The notes below the pieces were generated by a model. The model did no database searches. It was not told where the DNA came from and saw nothing but the letters and a program-made list of their open reading frames with translations. Source: an uncultured Gammaproteobacteria bacterium (GTDB lineage Bacteria > Pseudomonadota > Gammaproteobacteria > SZUA-229). Taken from it: a DNA stretch of 47,690 bases. The stretch is from the NCBI GenBank assembly GCA_965368115.1, contig CBDULQ010000001.1:1-47690 (forward strand), read 5' to 3'. Positions 9,080-18,105 of the stretch are shown here, one piece after another. Each line of letters begins with the position of its first letter. The stretch's first letter is position 1. The position numbers were made by a program, and so were the translations under genes.

Positions 9080-10650
9080 GCCGCATGCTCCGCCCGCATA
9101 GTGACTGTAAGGGTAAACAGCCCTGAATCTTCACGCGCGACCGGCTGGCTGTCGAGTCCGGCCTGCAAACTCAGATTCGCCGTTGATCGTACATCGATAG
9201 GCAGCTTGTCGATAACAACACGTAACACGTCCTTACGTGCACGCAACACTTCCGCCAGACGATTCACCTGGTCCACCGACTGTCGAATCGTGTCGGCACT
9301 CACCGGTACCCGACCCTTGATTTTGGCAAAATGATTGAGTTGGCGGGCCTGCAATTGTTCGGTATTGATTTTATGCTGCATATTCGGCTGATCCTCGCCG
9401 CGTTCCGGATCGATAGCCTGCCATTCGATTTCACGAATACTGATCAACGACAGATCATGGCCACTCAGGGTATGGCTCAGTTCGACGAAGAATGCCTGCG
9501 GCGAAACCTGTTTGCGTTGTTCGATGTAATTAACCGTATCGACCGTCGCCTTCATCTTCCGCGCCACTTTGAGACGAGGCTCCAGGCGCTTCAATTCCTG
9601 TTCGTAGCGCTCGTCGATACTTGCAGCTTGCTGGGCCAGGATGCCGGCCTCTTCCTGCAGGCGGTTCATGTCGATAAACAGGTAGACCATGGCCAGCAGG
9701 GACAACAGAATCATCGCCTGAGCCGATTGCTGCAACCACCAGCCGACCTGATTACGACGATAGACTTCGAAGTCTTCGCGATTACCATAATGGCCCCGGG
9801 AAAAATGGTCTTCCATGCATAGCTGAGCGAAGATACCGTTTCCGAATGGGCCGCTGATACCCTGGGTATCGACTTTTTTCTCAACCTCTGCCAACCGGTG
9901 TACCGATACTTCACGGAGCGGCGAAGACTGGCATTCGGCCAGAATCGAATCCATGTGCTCATCGCCGGCAATAATATGGATATGCAGAATTTCGTCGAAA
10001 CCGATGTGACGTTTGTTGGTGAGAAAACGTGCCGTCTGGTCAATTTCGTCGGATAGAAACTTGCCGTAGCTGTCGCCTTCCAGGCTGATAGCGGCTGAGC
10101 GGCTGGTCATCAATTTACCGTCACGGAAATAGGTTTGACGAACATTCGACGACACCTGTTGTGAAATCAACAATACATGACCGGAACGCGCATCGATTCG
10201 GCTGAGCACTTTTTTACTGACATGCGGCAAACTCCACATGCCGCTCACCGGCACTTCTTCCGCTTTCATGATGTCGAGCCAGGGGCGAATCAGGTCGATG
10301 TTGGTCAACGCTGACATCAGTACGATGTCATCCCGGCGCCCATCTTCTTCCCGACCCTGTACTTCATGACAGGTATACTGACGACTGCTACGATAGTAAC
10401 GTTCATTCAGTCGTTTAATCACCGCCGCACGGTCGGCGCCGCGTAAATGAGGGATGCTCTCGATACGAAAATCTTCTTCGATCACATCGACAAGCAGTCG
10501 TGCCGATACCTTAGGCGTATTCCGCAGATAATGTCGGAAATCGTCCAGGCCTTCCGAGTCCGGATTGAAATAAAAGGTGCCGGAGAACTTCCCGTTGATC
10601 CAGTGGAATACGGTGAGTCGATGGCCGGAGTAGTAAAATAATCGTTTCAC
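9067..10650 (-). CDS. Bitopic GspL / PilM-PilN-fusion (MshI)-like assembly protein
   Basis: 527 aa, GTG start with aggtgg SD. About 300-aa cytoplasmic domain, TM 'AMILLSLLAMVYLFI', periplasmic coiled-coil and C-terminal domain. Assignment is by architecture and position after gspF. Confidence 0.65.
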   Translation of the reverse strand: MKRLFYYSGHRLTVFHWINGKFSGTFYFNPDSEGLDDFRHYLRNTPKVSARLLVDVIEEDFRIESIPHLRGADRAAVIKRLNERYYRSSRQYTCHEVQGREEDGRRDDIVLMSALTNIDLIRPWLDIMKAEEVPVSGMWSLPHVSKKVLSRIDARSGHVLLISQQVSSNVRQTYFRDGKLMTSRSAAISLEGDSYGKFLSDEIDQTARFLTNKRHIGFDEILHIHIIAGDEHMDSILAECQSSPLREVSVHRLAEVEKKVDTQGISGPFGNGIFAQLCMEDHFSRGHYGNREDFEVYRRNQVGWWLQQSAQAMILLSLLAMVYLFIDMNRLQEEAGILAQQAASIDERYEQELKRLEPRLKVARKMKATVDTVNYIEQRKQVSPQAFFVELSHTLSGHDLSLISIREIEWQAIDPERGEDQPNMQHKINTEQLQARQLNHFAKIKGRVPVSADTIRQSVDQVNRLAEVLRARKDVLRVVIDKLPIDVRSTANLSLQAGLDSQPVAREDSGLFTLTVTMRAEHAAWNG

Positions 10651-10662
10651 AACTCAAACCAC

Positions 10663-11877
10663 CTATATATCCAGTGTCGATATGGTGTCATAGATCGGAC
10701 CCAGCACCGCCAGCATAATCCATAACATGATAGTACCGAGAATAACCGTCAGCACCGGACTGATGGCCGGTTCCAGCTTCTCGATCGCTTCGCGCACTTC
10801 ACGATTGTAGAAATAGCTGACATTGAGCAGCGATTTGTCCAGTGCACCGGTGTTCTCGCCAATGCGAATCATGCGAATCACAATCGCAGGGAACAGGTCG
10901 ACGCGTGCAAAACTTTCGCTGATTGAGTCGCCTTCGGCAATGTTTTCGCCCGCCTGGACAATGGCCTGCTTGAGAACATGATTATCGACCAGGTCCTTAC
11001 TGATTTTCAGACTTTCCAGCACGGTAATACCGGAGGCATACATCATCGCCATATAGTTGGCGAAACGGGCCAGCTTAATGCGCAATAACAACGGGCCGAA
11101 CAACCAGATTTTAAGTTTGAACATATCCAGTCGGTAGCGCACATCGGCATTACGGCGCGCGGCATTTTTAATGACAACCACGGCAGCTATGGGCATCCCG
11201 AAGACCAGGTACCAGTAGTCCACCATGAAATTAGATGTGGCGATCAGTGCCCGAGTATGCAACGGGATTTCGCCACCCATGTCCTTGATGAACGGGACCA
11301 GCTGAGGTAACAGATAGGTCATTAGAAAAGTCACCACGGCAAGTACCACGACACTGACAATGGTCGGATAAATCATGATCTTCCGAGTATGGGAAACCAT
11401 TTCGTCCTGCCATTTCAGCGTCTCTGCCATATCCTGCAATACCTCGGACAATCGGCCGCTTTCCTCGCCGACTTTAACCAGCATCACGTACACATTGTCG
11501 AACGTAGACGGATGCTCCGCCAGAGACGCGGAAAAGGTTTTACCCCCCTGGATATCGTCGATCACGGCAGCCAGTACATCTTTCAGCTGGCCGGTCGGCA
11601 AGCTGTCACGCAGATCCGCCAGACCCTCCAGAATGGGTACTCCGGCATTGGTCATCTGTTGCATCTGAAATGTGAAATTGATCAGGTCTTTACGTGTAAC
11701 GCCACCCACTCGACGCTGAAAACCAAACCCGCCGGATTTTTTTTCCTTACAGGTGATCAGGTCGAAACCCATGCTGGACAGACGCTGTTCCAGTTCCAGC
11801 ACATTATCCGCGTCGATCACATCGTTGCGAATGTGTCCCTGCTGGTCGATGGCTTTGTATTTAAACGTACTCGGCAT
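10663..11877 (-). CDS. Type II secretion / type IV pilus inner-membrane platform protein (GspF/PilC/MshG family)
   Basis: 404 aa. Duplicated GspF-type domain, 3 TM segments. ATG overlaps the ATPase stop (TAATG). Confidence 0.92.
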   Translation of the reverse strand: MPSTFKYKAIDQQGHIRNDVIDADNVLELEQRLSSMGFDLITCKEKKSGGFGFQRRVGGVTRKDLINFTFQMQQMTNAGVPILEGLADLRDSLPTGQLKDVLAAVIDDIQGGKTFSASLAEHPSTFDNVYVMLVKVGEESGRLSEVLQDMAETLKWQDEMVSHTRKIMIYPTIVSVVVLAVVTFLMTYLLPQLVPFIKDMGGEIPLHTRALIATSNFMVDYWYLVFGMPIAAVVVIKNAARRNADVRYRLDMFKLKIWLFGPLLLRIKLARFANYMAMMYASGITVLESLKISKDLVDNHVLKQAIVQAGENIAEGDSISESFARVDLFPAIVIRMIRIGENTGALDKSLLNVSYFYNREVREAIEKLEPAISPVLTVILGTIMLWIMLAVLGPIYDTISTLDI

Positions 11878-13604
11878 TACAGTCTGTCCGTCAGGTCGAT
11901 TACACGAGAAATTTCTTCCAGGCTGGTCAGGCCTTCCAGTACCCGAGCCGTCGCATCGTCCGCGAGGTTTCGGTAGCCAGTGGAACGGGTGTATTTCTTG
12001 ATTTCGCCCAGCGTGGCTTTGCGCGCAATCAACTCATCCAGTTCATCATCCATACGCAGTACTTCAATCACCGCGATACGTCCCCGGTAACCGGTACCGT
12101 CGCAATGACTGCAACCCGCCGCTTCATGGATGATCAGCTCGTCGTCAGCATCGACATTGAGCAGTTGCTTCTCGATGGCTTCCGCAGATCGTGGTGTTTT
12201 ACAATGGGCACAGAGTTTACGAATCAGTCGCTGCCCCATGACGCCGATGATGTTACCGGTCATGATGTCGGGCAACACACCGATATCCTGCAGGCGTGGA
12301 ATTGCACCGATGGCGGAATTGGTATGTAGAGTGGAATACACCTGGTGCCCGGTCATTGCAGCACGAAAGGCCATTTCAGCGGTGTCATTGTCACGAATCT
12401 CGCCCACCAGAATAATGTCCGGGTCCTGACGCATCAGCGAACGTATACCATTCGCGAAATCCATACGCACCACTTCGTTGATCGAGGTCTGGCGAATCAT
12501 ATCCATCGGATATTCCACCGGGTCCTCCAGGGTCATGATATTGACCTGCTCGGAACGCACATAGTTGAGCATGGAATAAAGCGTAGTGGTTTTGCCGCTA
12601 CCGGTGGGTCCGGTCACCAGAATAATACCCTCCGGCCTGGCCATCATCAGTTTCAATGTCGACAGGGTTTCCGCATGTATCCCCAGTTCATCCAGCGGTA
12701 CTATGCCCTTTGAACGATCCAGCACACGCAGTACGATGTTTTCGCCGTGGGTTGTCGGTTGTGCGGAAACACGAAAATCCACCGGCCGGCCGCGAATCTG
12801 TAAACTGATACGGCCATCCTGAGGTGCGCGGGTTTCGGCGATGTTCATATTCGACATGACCTTGAGGCGCACCACGATCGCCGACCAGTAGTCCTTGTGT
12901 AGACTACGCACCTGACGCAACACGCCATCGATGCGATAACGTAAACGCAGAAACGCGCCTTCCGGTTCGAAGTGCACGTCGGAGGCGCCCTTTTTCACCG
13001 CATCGGATAAAATGGCATCGACCAGGCGCACCAGCGGCTGGCTGTATTCGTCGCCTTCCGCTTCCAGACTGGCGTAATCGATCTCACCGGTTTCGATTTC
13101 ATGCAGAATTCCATCCACCGACAGTTCATAACCATAGAACTGGTCGATGGCCTGTTTGATTTCACCTTCGCCCGCCAGCAGCGGATTGATTTCGATCTTA
13201 CGACCCACCACGGCGCGAATACGATCCAGCACAACCAGGTTATAGATATCCGTCATCGCCAGATTCAGGCTGCTGGTGTCGGCATCGAAACTGATCGGGA
13301 TGACCGTGTAGCGACTGGCAATATCTTTGGGGATCAGTTTCAGCGCTTCCTGGTCGGGGATGGCATGATCGAGATCGACACTTTCCTTGCCGAGCATTTC
13401 ACCGAGCGCGTCACGCATGATCGATTCGGTAACGAAGCCCAGTGCAATCAACGCTTCGCCAAGCGGCTTGCCGGATTTTTTCTGCTCACGCAGAGCGATC
13501 TTCACCTGATCTTCGGTGACCAGGCCTTTATCAACCAGTTCTTCACCCAGGCGTTTTTTACGCGCCCTGAGTGCAGCGCCGATGTCGGTTATTTGCTCAT
13601 TCAT
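11877..13604 (-). CDS. GspE/PilB-family assembly ATPase with MshEN-type N-terminal domain
   Basis: 575 aa. Walker A 'GPTGSGKT', Asp box, Walker B 'ILVGEIRD', His box, tetracysteine 'CAHC...CSHC'. N-terminal 'RLGEELVDKGLVTEDQVKIALREQ'. Confidence 0.93.
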   Translation of the reverse strand: MNEQITDIGAALRARKKRLGEELVDKGLVTEDQVKIALREQKKSGKPLGEALIALGFVTESIMRDALGEMLGKESVDLDHAIPDQEALKLIPKDIASRYTVIPISFDADTSSLNLAMTDIYNLVVLDRIRAVVGRKIEINPLLAGEGEIKQAIDQFYGYELSVDGILHEIETGEIDYASLEAEGDEYSQPLVRLVDAILSDAVKKGASDVHFEPEGAFLRLRYRIDGVLRQVRSLHKDYWSAIVVRLKVMSNMNIAETRAPQDGRISLQIRGRPVDFRVSAQPTTHGENIVLRVLDRSKGIVPLDELGIHAETLSTLKLMMARPEGIILVTGPTGSGKTTTLYSMLNYVRSEQVNIMTLEDPVEYPMDMIRQTSINEVVRMDFANGIRSLMRQDPDIILVGEIRDNDTAEMAFRAAMTGHQVYSTLHTNSAIGAIPRLQDIGVLPDIMTGNIIGVMGQRLIRKLCAHCKTPRSAEAIEKQLLNVDADDELIIHEAAGCSHCDGTGYRGRIAVIEVLRMDDELDELIARKATLGEIKKYTRSTGYRNLADDATARVLEGLTSLEEISRVIDLTDRL

Positions 13605-15093
13605 GATCGAGCCGTCCTAACTGGTCGATGCGTGTCTGCACCGCTGCCGTGGAAAACTCAACCGTTTGCCGACCGGCCAGTTGCAGCGCCTGGCGGTAGA
13701 TGGGTAGCGCCTGCTGGTATTTACCGAGCTGATCCAGACTGACCGCCAGATTGTATGCGTAGTCTGCATTCTGTTTATCAACGGCCCAGGCATTGAAGAA
13801 CGACTGTTGCGCATCCGGCCAGCGTTGCTGATCCGCATACAGTGCACCCAGTGCAAAATGCAGATGCGCAGCATCGGGCTGTTCGCGCAACATGAACTTG
13901 ATGCTGCTTTCCGAACCAACGTCCTGATCGACGGCACTCAATCCGGCACGCGCGACACTGTCTTTGGGATCCAGCATCAACAGTTGGGTATAACGCGCAC
14001 GAGCCTGCGCGTACTGCTGTCGTTTCATGGCAACAGCGGCCACACCCAGCAGGGCATCACGATTACTGGCTTCACGTTGCAGTACCCGGCGATACAGCTC
14101 GTCCGCTGCATCGTACTGGCCGGCGTTAAAGGAACGGTAAGCACGCGACAATAACAGGTGCAGCGGGTCTTCCACCTGTTTGCGGGTAATTTCCATGGTT
14201 CTGGCCGGCGGCGCGATCCGGGGTTCAGGCTTCGCCTGAACGGCAGGCTGAGGCGGGGCGACCGATGATGCACTCGCCGTCTGTTTCGGTTCACTGTGGG
14301 ACGCCTGAAGCGCTAGTTGGCGAGCTGGTGCAGGCGGTTCGTTTATCGCTTCGCGACTCGATGCATCCCGCTCCGGGGCCGGATGTTGAACCGGTGTGGC
14401 TTGCGGTTGACGTTCCCGCACCTCGGCGATCTGTTGTCGAGAGTCATAATAGAAATAACTGCCACCGACCAGAAGGAAAAACAGGAATACCAGTATCCCC
14501 AGATCACGTAAACGACGGTTACGACGTTCGGTGGCATGACGACTTTTATGAATCATCATGTCCAGAGCGGCACGGGATGCCGGCGTATCCGCCGGTTTGA
14601 CCGGTTCGCCGGGTGGAGGCGTCATCTCAGTTGCTGGCGTAGCAACTTCGTCATCGGTTATGTCGGCGGGATTTCGTGCGACCTCATGTTCAACGGGTGT
14701 ATCATCCGGAACCGGCTCGCTCGGCAAAACCGGCTCATCATTTTCGTCACTGGCCAGTTCAATCGCGTCAGCATCGATCGCAGGTGGTTCGTCAAGCGCC
14801 TTGATCCCGTCGGCCGGTGGTTGGGGTTTCTCACTTAAGGTCGGCAGGTCTTCGCTAAACTCACCGCGAGGTCGTATGGCTTCGTGACCGTCTTCGATTA
14901 ACAGGGCGCTATCGTCCGAATCGGGTTCATCTATGGCTGTTCCTGCTGCCGATTCATCCTGCTCCTGTAAATGCAGTTCAAGTTCAATTTCGTCGTCGCC
15001 AGTCTGTGACCGTGCGGCGGCGTCATCGTCCGGTGTTGTCGACTTCTGTTTATCCTGGGCCGCTTTTTTCAGCGCGTCGAGCAATAGACTCAT
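13597..15093 (-). CDS. GspB/ExeB-like N-terminus, acidic linker, TM and TPR protein (MshN-like)
   Basis: 498 aa. 'MSLLLDALKKAAQDKQ' N-terminus, ~170-aa acidic low-complexity region, TM 'LGILVFLFFLLVGGSYFYY', Pro-rich linker, C-terminal TPR repeats. Confidence 0.8.
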   Translation of the reverse strand: MSLLLDALKKAAQDKQKSTTPDDDAAARSQTGDDEIELELHLQEQDESAAGTAIDEPDSDDSALLIEDGHEAIRPRGEFSEDLPTLSEKPQPPADGIKALDEPPAIDADAIELASDENDEPVLPSEPVPDDTPVEHEVARNPADITDDEVATPATEMTPPPGEPVKPADTPASRAALDMMIHKSRHATERRNRRLRDLGILVFLFFLLVGGSYFYYDSRQQIAEVRERQPQATPVQHPAPERDASSREAINEPPAPARQLALQASHSEPKQTASASSVAPPQPAVQAKPEPRIAPPARTMEITRKQVEDPLHLLLSRAYRSFNAGQYDAADELYRRVLQREASNRDALLGVAAVAMKRQQYAQARARYTQLLMLDPKDSVARAGLSAVDQDVGSESSIKFMLREQPDAAHLHFALGALYADQQRWPDAQQSFFNAWAVDKQNADYAYNLAVSLDQLGKYQQALPIYRQALQLAGRQTVEFSTAAVQTRIDQLGRLDHE

Positions 15094-15102
15094 GGCGGCG
15101 AC

Positions 15103-16704
15103 CTACTGGGTAGACTCGGTTTCAGGCAGGAATCTACGGTAATCGCGAAGGTCGCCGGACAGGCTGGCCTGGCGCACCACCACCGGACGAATGAAGATCA
15201 CCAGCTCGGATTTTTCCCGTTGATCATCTTCGTAGGAAAACAGCTTGCCTATCCAGGGAATGCTCGATAACACCGGGACACCGGTATTGCGTTTGTTTTT
15301 TACGTCCTGCATCAAACCACCGATGACGGCAGTATCCCCGCTGTTAACCTTGAGTACCGACTCGATCTCGCGCACCTGGACCACCGGAATTTCACTCACG
15401 ACCCCGGCATTGGCGAGAGCCGGGTTTGGATCGGCAACGCTATCGATGACTCGTGAAATGGTCGGCCGTACATTCAACGTCACCACTTCCTGTTCATTGA
15501 TAAAGGGCGTCACCGACATCACGAAACCCACTGGAACAGTGTTGATTTCGGTTTCGATGGTGGTTACCGACGCGCTGGTCGATGATGCCGCCGTGGTCTG
15601 CACCTCCACTTCGAAATACACCAGGTTATCGACCACTTTAAGCATTGCGGTCTGATTGTTCAGCGCAATGACTTTTGGGCTGGACAGCACCTGTACATCG
15701 CCGAATTCCTCCAGCGCTTTTAAGGTCAGGTTGAGTGCGTCACCGCTTACGGTATTGGCAATGGTCAGTAAAGAAAACGGCGGCTGGCTCAGATTTGTGC
15801 CGGCCAGATTGGTATTAAAGCTTACACCGTCAGCCGGGTCGGACGCGACCAGCGACCAGTCGACACCCGACTGATAACGATCACTCAGGGTAATCTCCGC
15901 AATGGTCGCCTCGATCAACACCTGGCGTTTAGCGCTGTTGAGCACATCATCGATGAAGGCCTGTACCAACTGGTGCTGTTTATAGGTTGCATTCACCGCA
16001 ATCACACCGGATTCACGATTGACTATAACTCGAGTGGAATCGGGGATGGCGCCGGCCTCCGACTGTTGCGGCAGTTCGCCGAGAATCAGGGCGAGGTTGC
16101 GGCTCAGGGTGGCCCACAACTGGTTGTCGGATTTCATATTCATCACGGTGGTCGAATCGTTACCGGCCGTGCTGGTATTACCCTGTCCGGCTGCAGCACC
16201 GGTTTTACCGACTGATGTGGCGACTGAAACCAGGCCTTCACTGCTGCGCGCCATGTTCAGATAATCGATTTTGTAATTGCGCACATAAGGCTTGTCCGCA
16301 CTCACGCGCAGATTGTCGCCGTCCAGCTCGTAACGAATGTCAGCCTGGCGGGTCAGGCGCTCCAGAATTTGCGGCAGTGTCTGGTCGATGGCATTCAGGG
16401 TCACGTTACCACTGATGTCCTGCCCGATATCGAGATTCAGTTTCGCGTCCCGCGCCATGGAAAACAGCAGCTCCCTGACCGGTACGTCATTCACCACCAC
16501 GGTATAGGTTTCCAGCGGCGGTCGTTGTTCCGGTTCGGGTAACAAAACAGTACGGTTGACCGGCGCGGGAATCGGCGCCGGAATATCTTTAACCTGGTCC
16601 TTGTCCAGATGTCCGGCGGATTGTTCCGGTGGTCTGGCCGGCGAACAGGACAGTAACAGTGTGACAACGACACAGATCGAAAAACATTGCTTGTACAGGT
16701 TCAT
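15103..16704 (-). CDS. Outer-membrane secretin, lipoprotein type (MshL/PilQ/GspD family)
   Basis: 533 aa. Lipobox 'LLLSC', secretin C-domain ('VPVLSSIPWIGKLF', 'ELVIFIRPVVV'). Confidence 0.9.
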   Translation of the reverse strand: MNLYKQCFSICVVVTLLLSCSPARPPEQSAGHLDKDQVKDIPAPIPAPVNRTVLLPEPEQRPPLETYTVVVNDVPVRELLFSMARDAKLNLDIGQDISGNVTLNAIDQTLPQILERLTRQADIRYELDGDNLRVSADKPYVRNYKIDYLNMARSSEGLVSVATSVGKTGAAAGQGNTSTAGNDSTTVMNMKSDNQLWATLSRNLALILGELPQQSEAGAIPDSTRVIVNRESGVIAVNATYKQHQLVQAFIDDVLNSAKRQVLIEATIAEITLSDRYQSGVDWSLVASDPADGVSFNTNLAGTNLSQPPFSLLTIANTVSGDALNLTLKALEEFGDVQVLSSPKVIALNNQTAMLKVVDNLVYFEVEVQTTAASSTSASVTTIETEINTVPVGFVMSVTPFINEQEVVTLNVRPTISRVIDSVADPNPALANAGVVSEIPVVQVREIESVLKVNSGDTAVIGGLMQDVKNKRNTGVPVLSSIPWIGKLFSYEDDQREKSELVIFIRPVVVRQASLSGDLRDYRRFLPETESTQ

Positions 16705-16722
16705 GTGGATCGATTTCCTCGT

Positions 16723-18105
16723 TTATTGCGTCGCGGCCAGACGTGTTTTTTCGATATCGGATCGAATGCCTTTAAGGGTGCGCAGAAACGCACCATCCTG
16801 CCGTAAACGATCCGGCAGCTGTTGCAAACCCCGGGTGGCGGACTGACGATCCGGAAAACGACCGAACAACACGCTATACACCTGCCGACCACCGATCAAA
16901 GCCTGGTACACGAACAGCTGGTCATTCTGCAGATCCTGCGCAGCCTGTTGCAGATACTGCTGCAATGTGGAGTCCGCCCACAGATCGATCAGTGTGAGTT
17001 GAATGGTAAAGTCATCGGCATCCGCATCGTTTAATAATTGCTGCGTCGCCTGCACGCGTTGATCCAGAGTGATTTCCCGATTCGACTGTGGAGGCGGGGA
17101 GACGGTGTCCACTGATTCAGCAACCCCGGCATCATCAACGTTAGCGGCCGTCGGCGTTGCGTTTTTAGCGGCAGGCTGTTGTTCGACTTCGACAAGGGTT
17201 TGACGGGCCTGGGGTAGCAGGGTACCGATCCACACCGCCACACCGATCACCAGCGTTGCCGCAACGGCGAACAGCAACGGACGCAGATTGATCGCGGCAC
17301 CGAAATCGCTATCCTGGGCGGCCAGTGCGATATGTCGGTTCTGCACACAATGTGCGCCGTCGGAATACACCGCCATCAGGGCTTTGTCTGCAAGAATATT
17401 GATGCGTCGTGTCAGGCCGTGGGATTTTTTTTCGATGCTGCGCGCGATGCGCGAAGAAAAAATATCCGGCCCGCGATAACCCACCGCGCGCATACGAAAA
17501 TTCAGGTATTCGTAAATATCCTGGCTGGGAAATGGATCCAGGTAAAAACTGTGAGTAATGCGTTCCTTGAGCTGGCGAATACTCGGTTCACGCAGCGTCT
17601 GGTCCAGTTCGGGCTGGCCGAACAGCACCATCTGCAATAATTTATGATCGGCGGTTTCCAGATTACTAAGCAGACGAATCTCTTCCAGGGTTTCGATCGG
17701 CATGCTCTGCGCTTCTTCTACGAAAACTACCACCTGCTTACCCTGAGCATGGCGCTCGACCAGATAATTCTGTAACTGTTGCATCACTTCCAGCCGACTC
17801 GATTCGTTGTCGATGGCCAGTTTCAGTTCGAAGGCGATGACATGCAGAATGTTTTCCGGTGACAGGCTGGGGTTGGCAATGTAGACGATCTCGATCTGAT
17901 CCGGCAGTTCGATTTCCAGCATGCGGCAGAGCATGGTTTTACCGCTGCCCACTTCACCAACCACCTTGATAATCCCCTCGCCACTCACAATGGCGTACTT
18001 GAGCGCTTCCAGTGCCGCACCCCGACGGTTGCCGGTGTAAAACAGGCTGGTGTCCGGGGTGATTTTGAAGGGCTGGCGTTGCAGACCGAAATGCTCGAGA
18101 TACAT
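16723..18105 (-). CDS. ExeA/GspA/MshM-like AAA+ ATPase with TM and C-terminal SPOR-like domain
   Basis: 460 aa. Walker A 'GEVGSGKT', Walker B 'VVVFVEEAQ', TM at residues ~275-297. C-terminus 'FTIQL...VYSVLFGRFPDRQSATRGLQQLP' resembles the DamX-type SPOR fold. Confidence 0.88.
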   Translation of the reverse strand: MYLEHFGLQRQPFKITPDTSLFYTGNRRGAALEALKYAIVSGEGIIKVVGEVGSGKTMLCRMLEIELPDQIEIVYIANPSLSPENILHVIAFELKLAIDNESSRLEVMQQLQNYLVERHAQGKQVVVFVEEAQSMPIETLEEIRLLSNLETADHKLLQMVLFGQPELDQTLREPSIRQLKERITHSFYLDPFPSQDIYEYLNFRMRAVGYRGPDIFSSRIARSIEKKSHGLTRRINILADKALMAVYSDGAHCVQNRHIALAAQDSDFGAAINLRPLLFAVAATLVIGVAVWIGTLLPQARQTLVEVEQQPAAKNATPTAANVDDAGVAESVDTVSPPPQSNREITLDQRVQATQQLLNDADADDFTIQLTLIDLWADSTLQQYLQQAAQDLQNDQLFVYQALIGGRQVYSVLFGRFPDRQSATRGLQQLPDRLRQDGAFLRTLKGIRSDIEKTRLAATQ

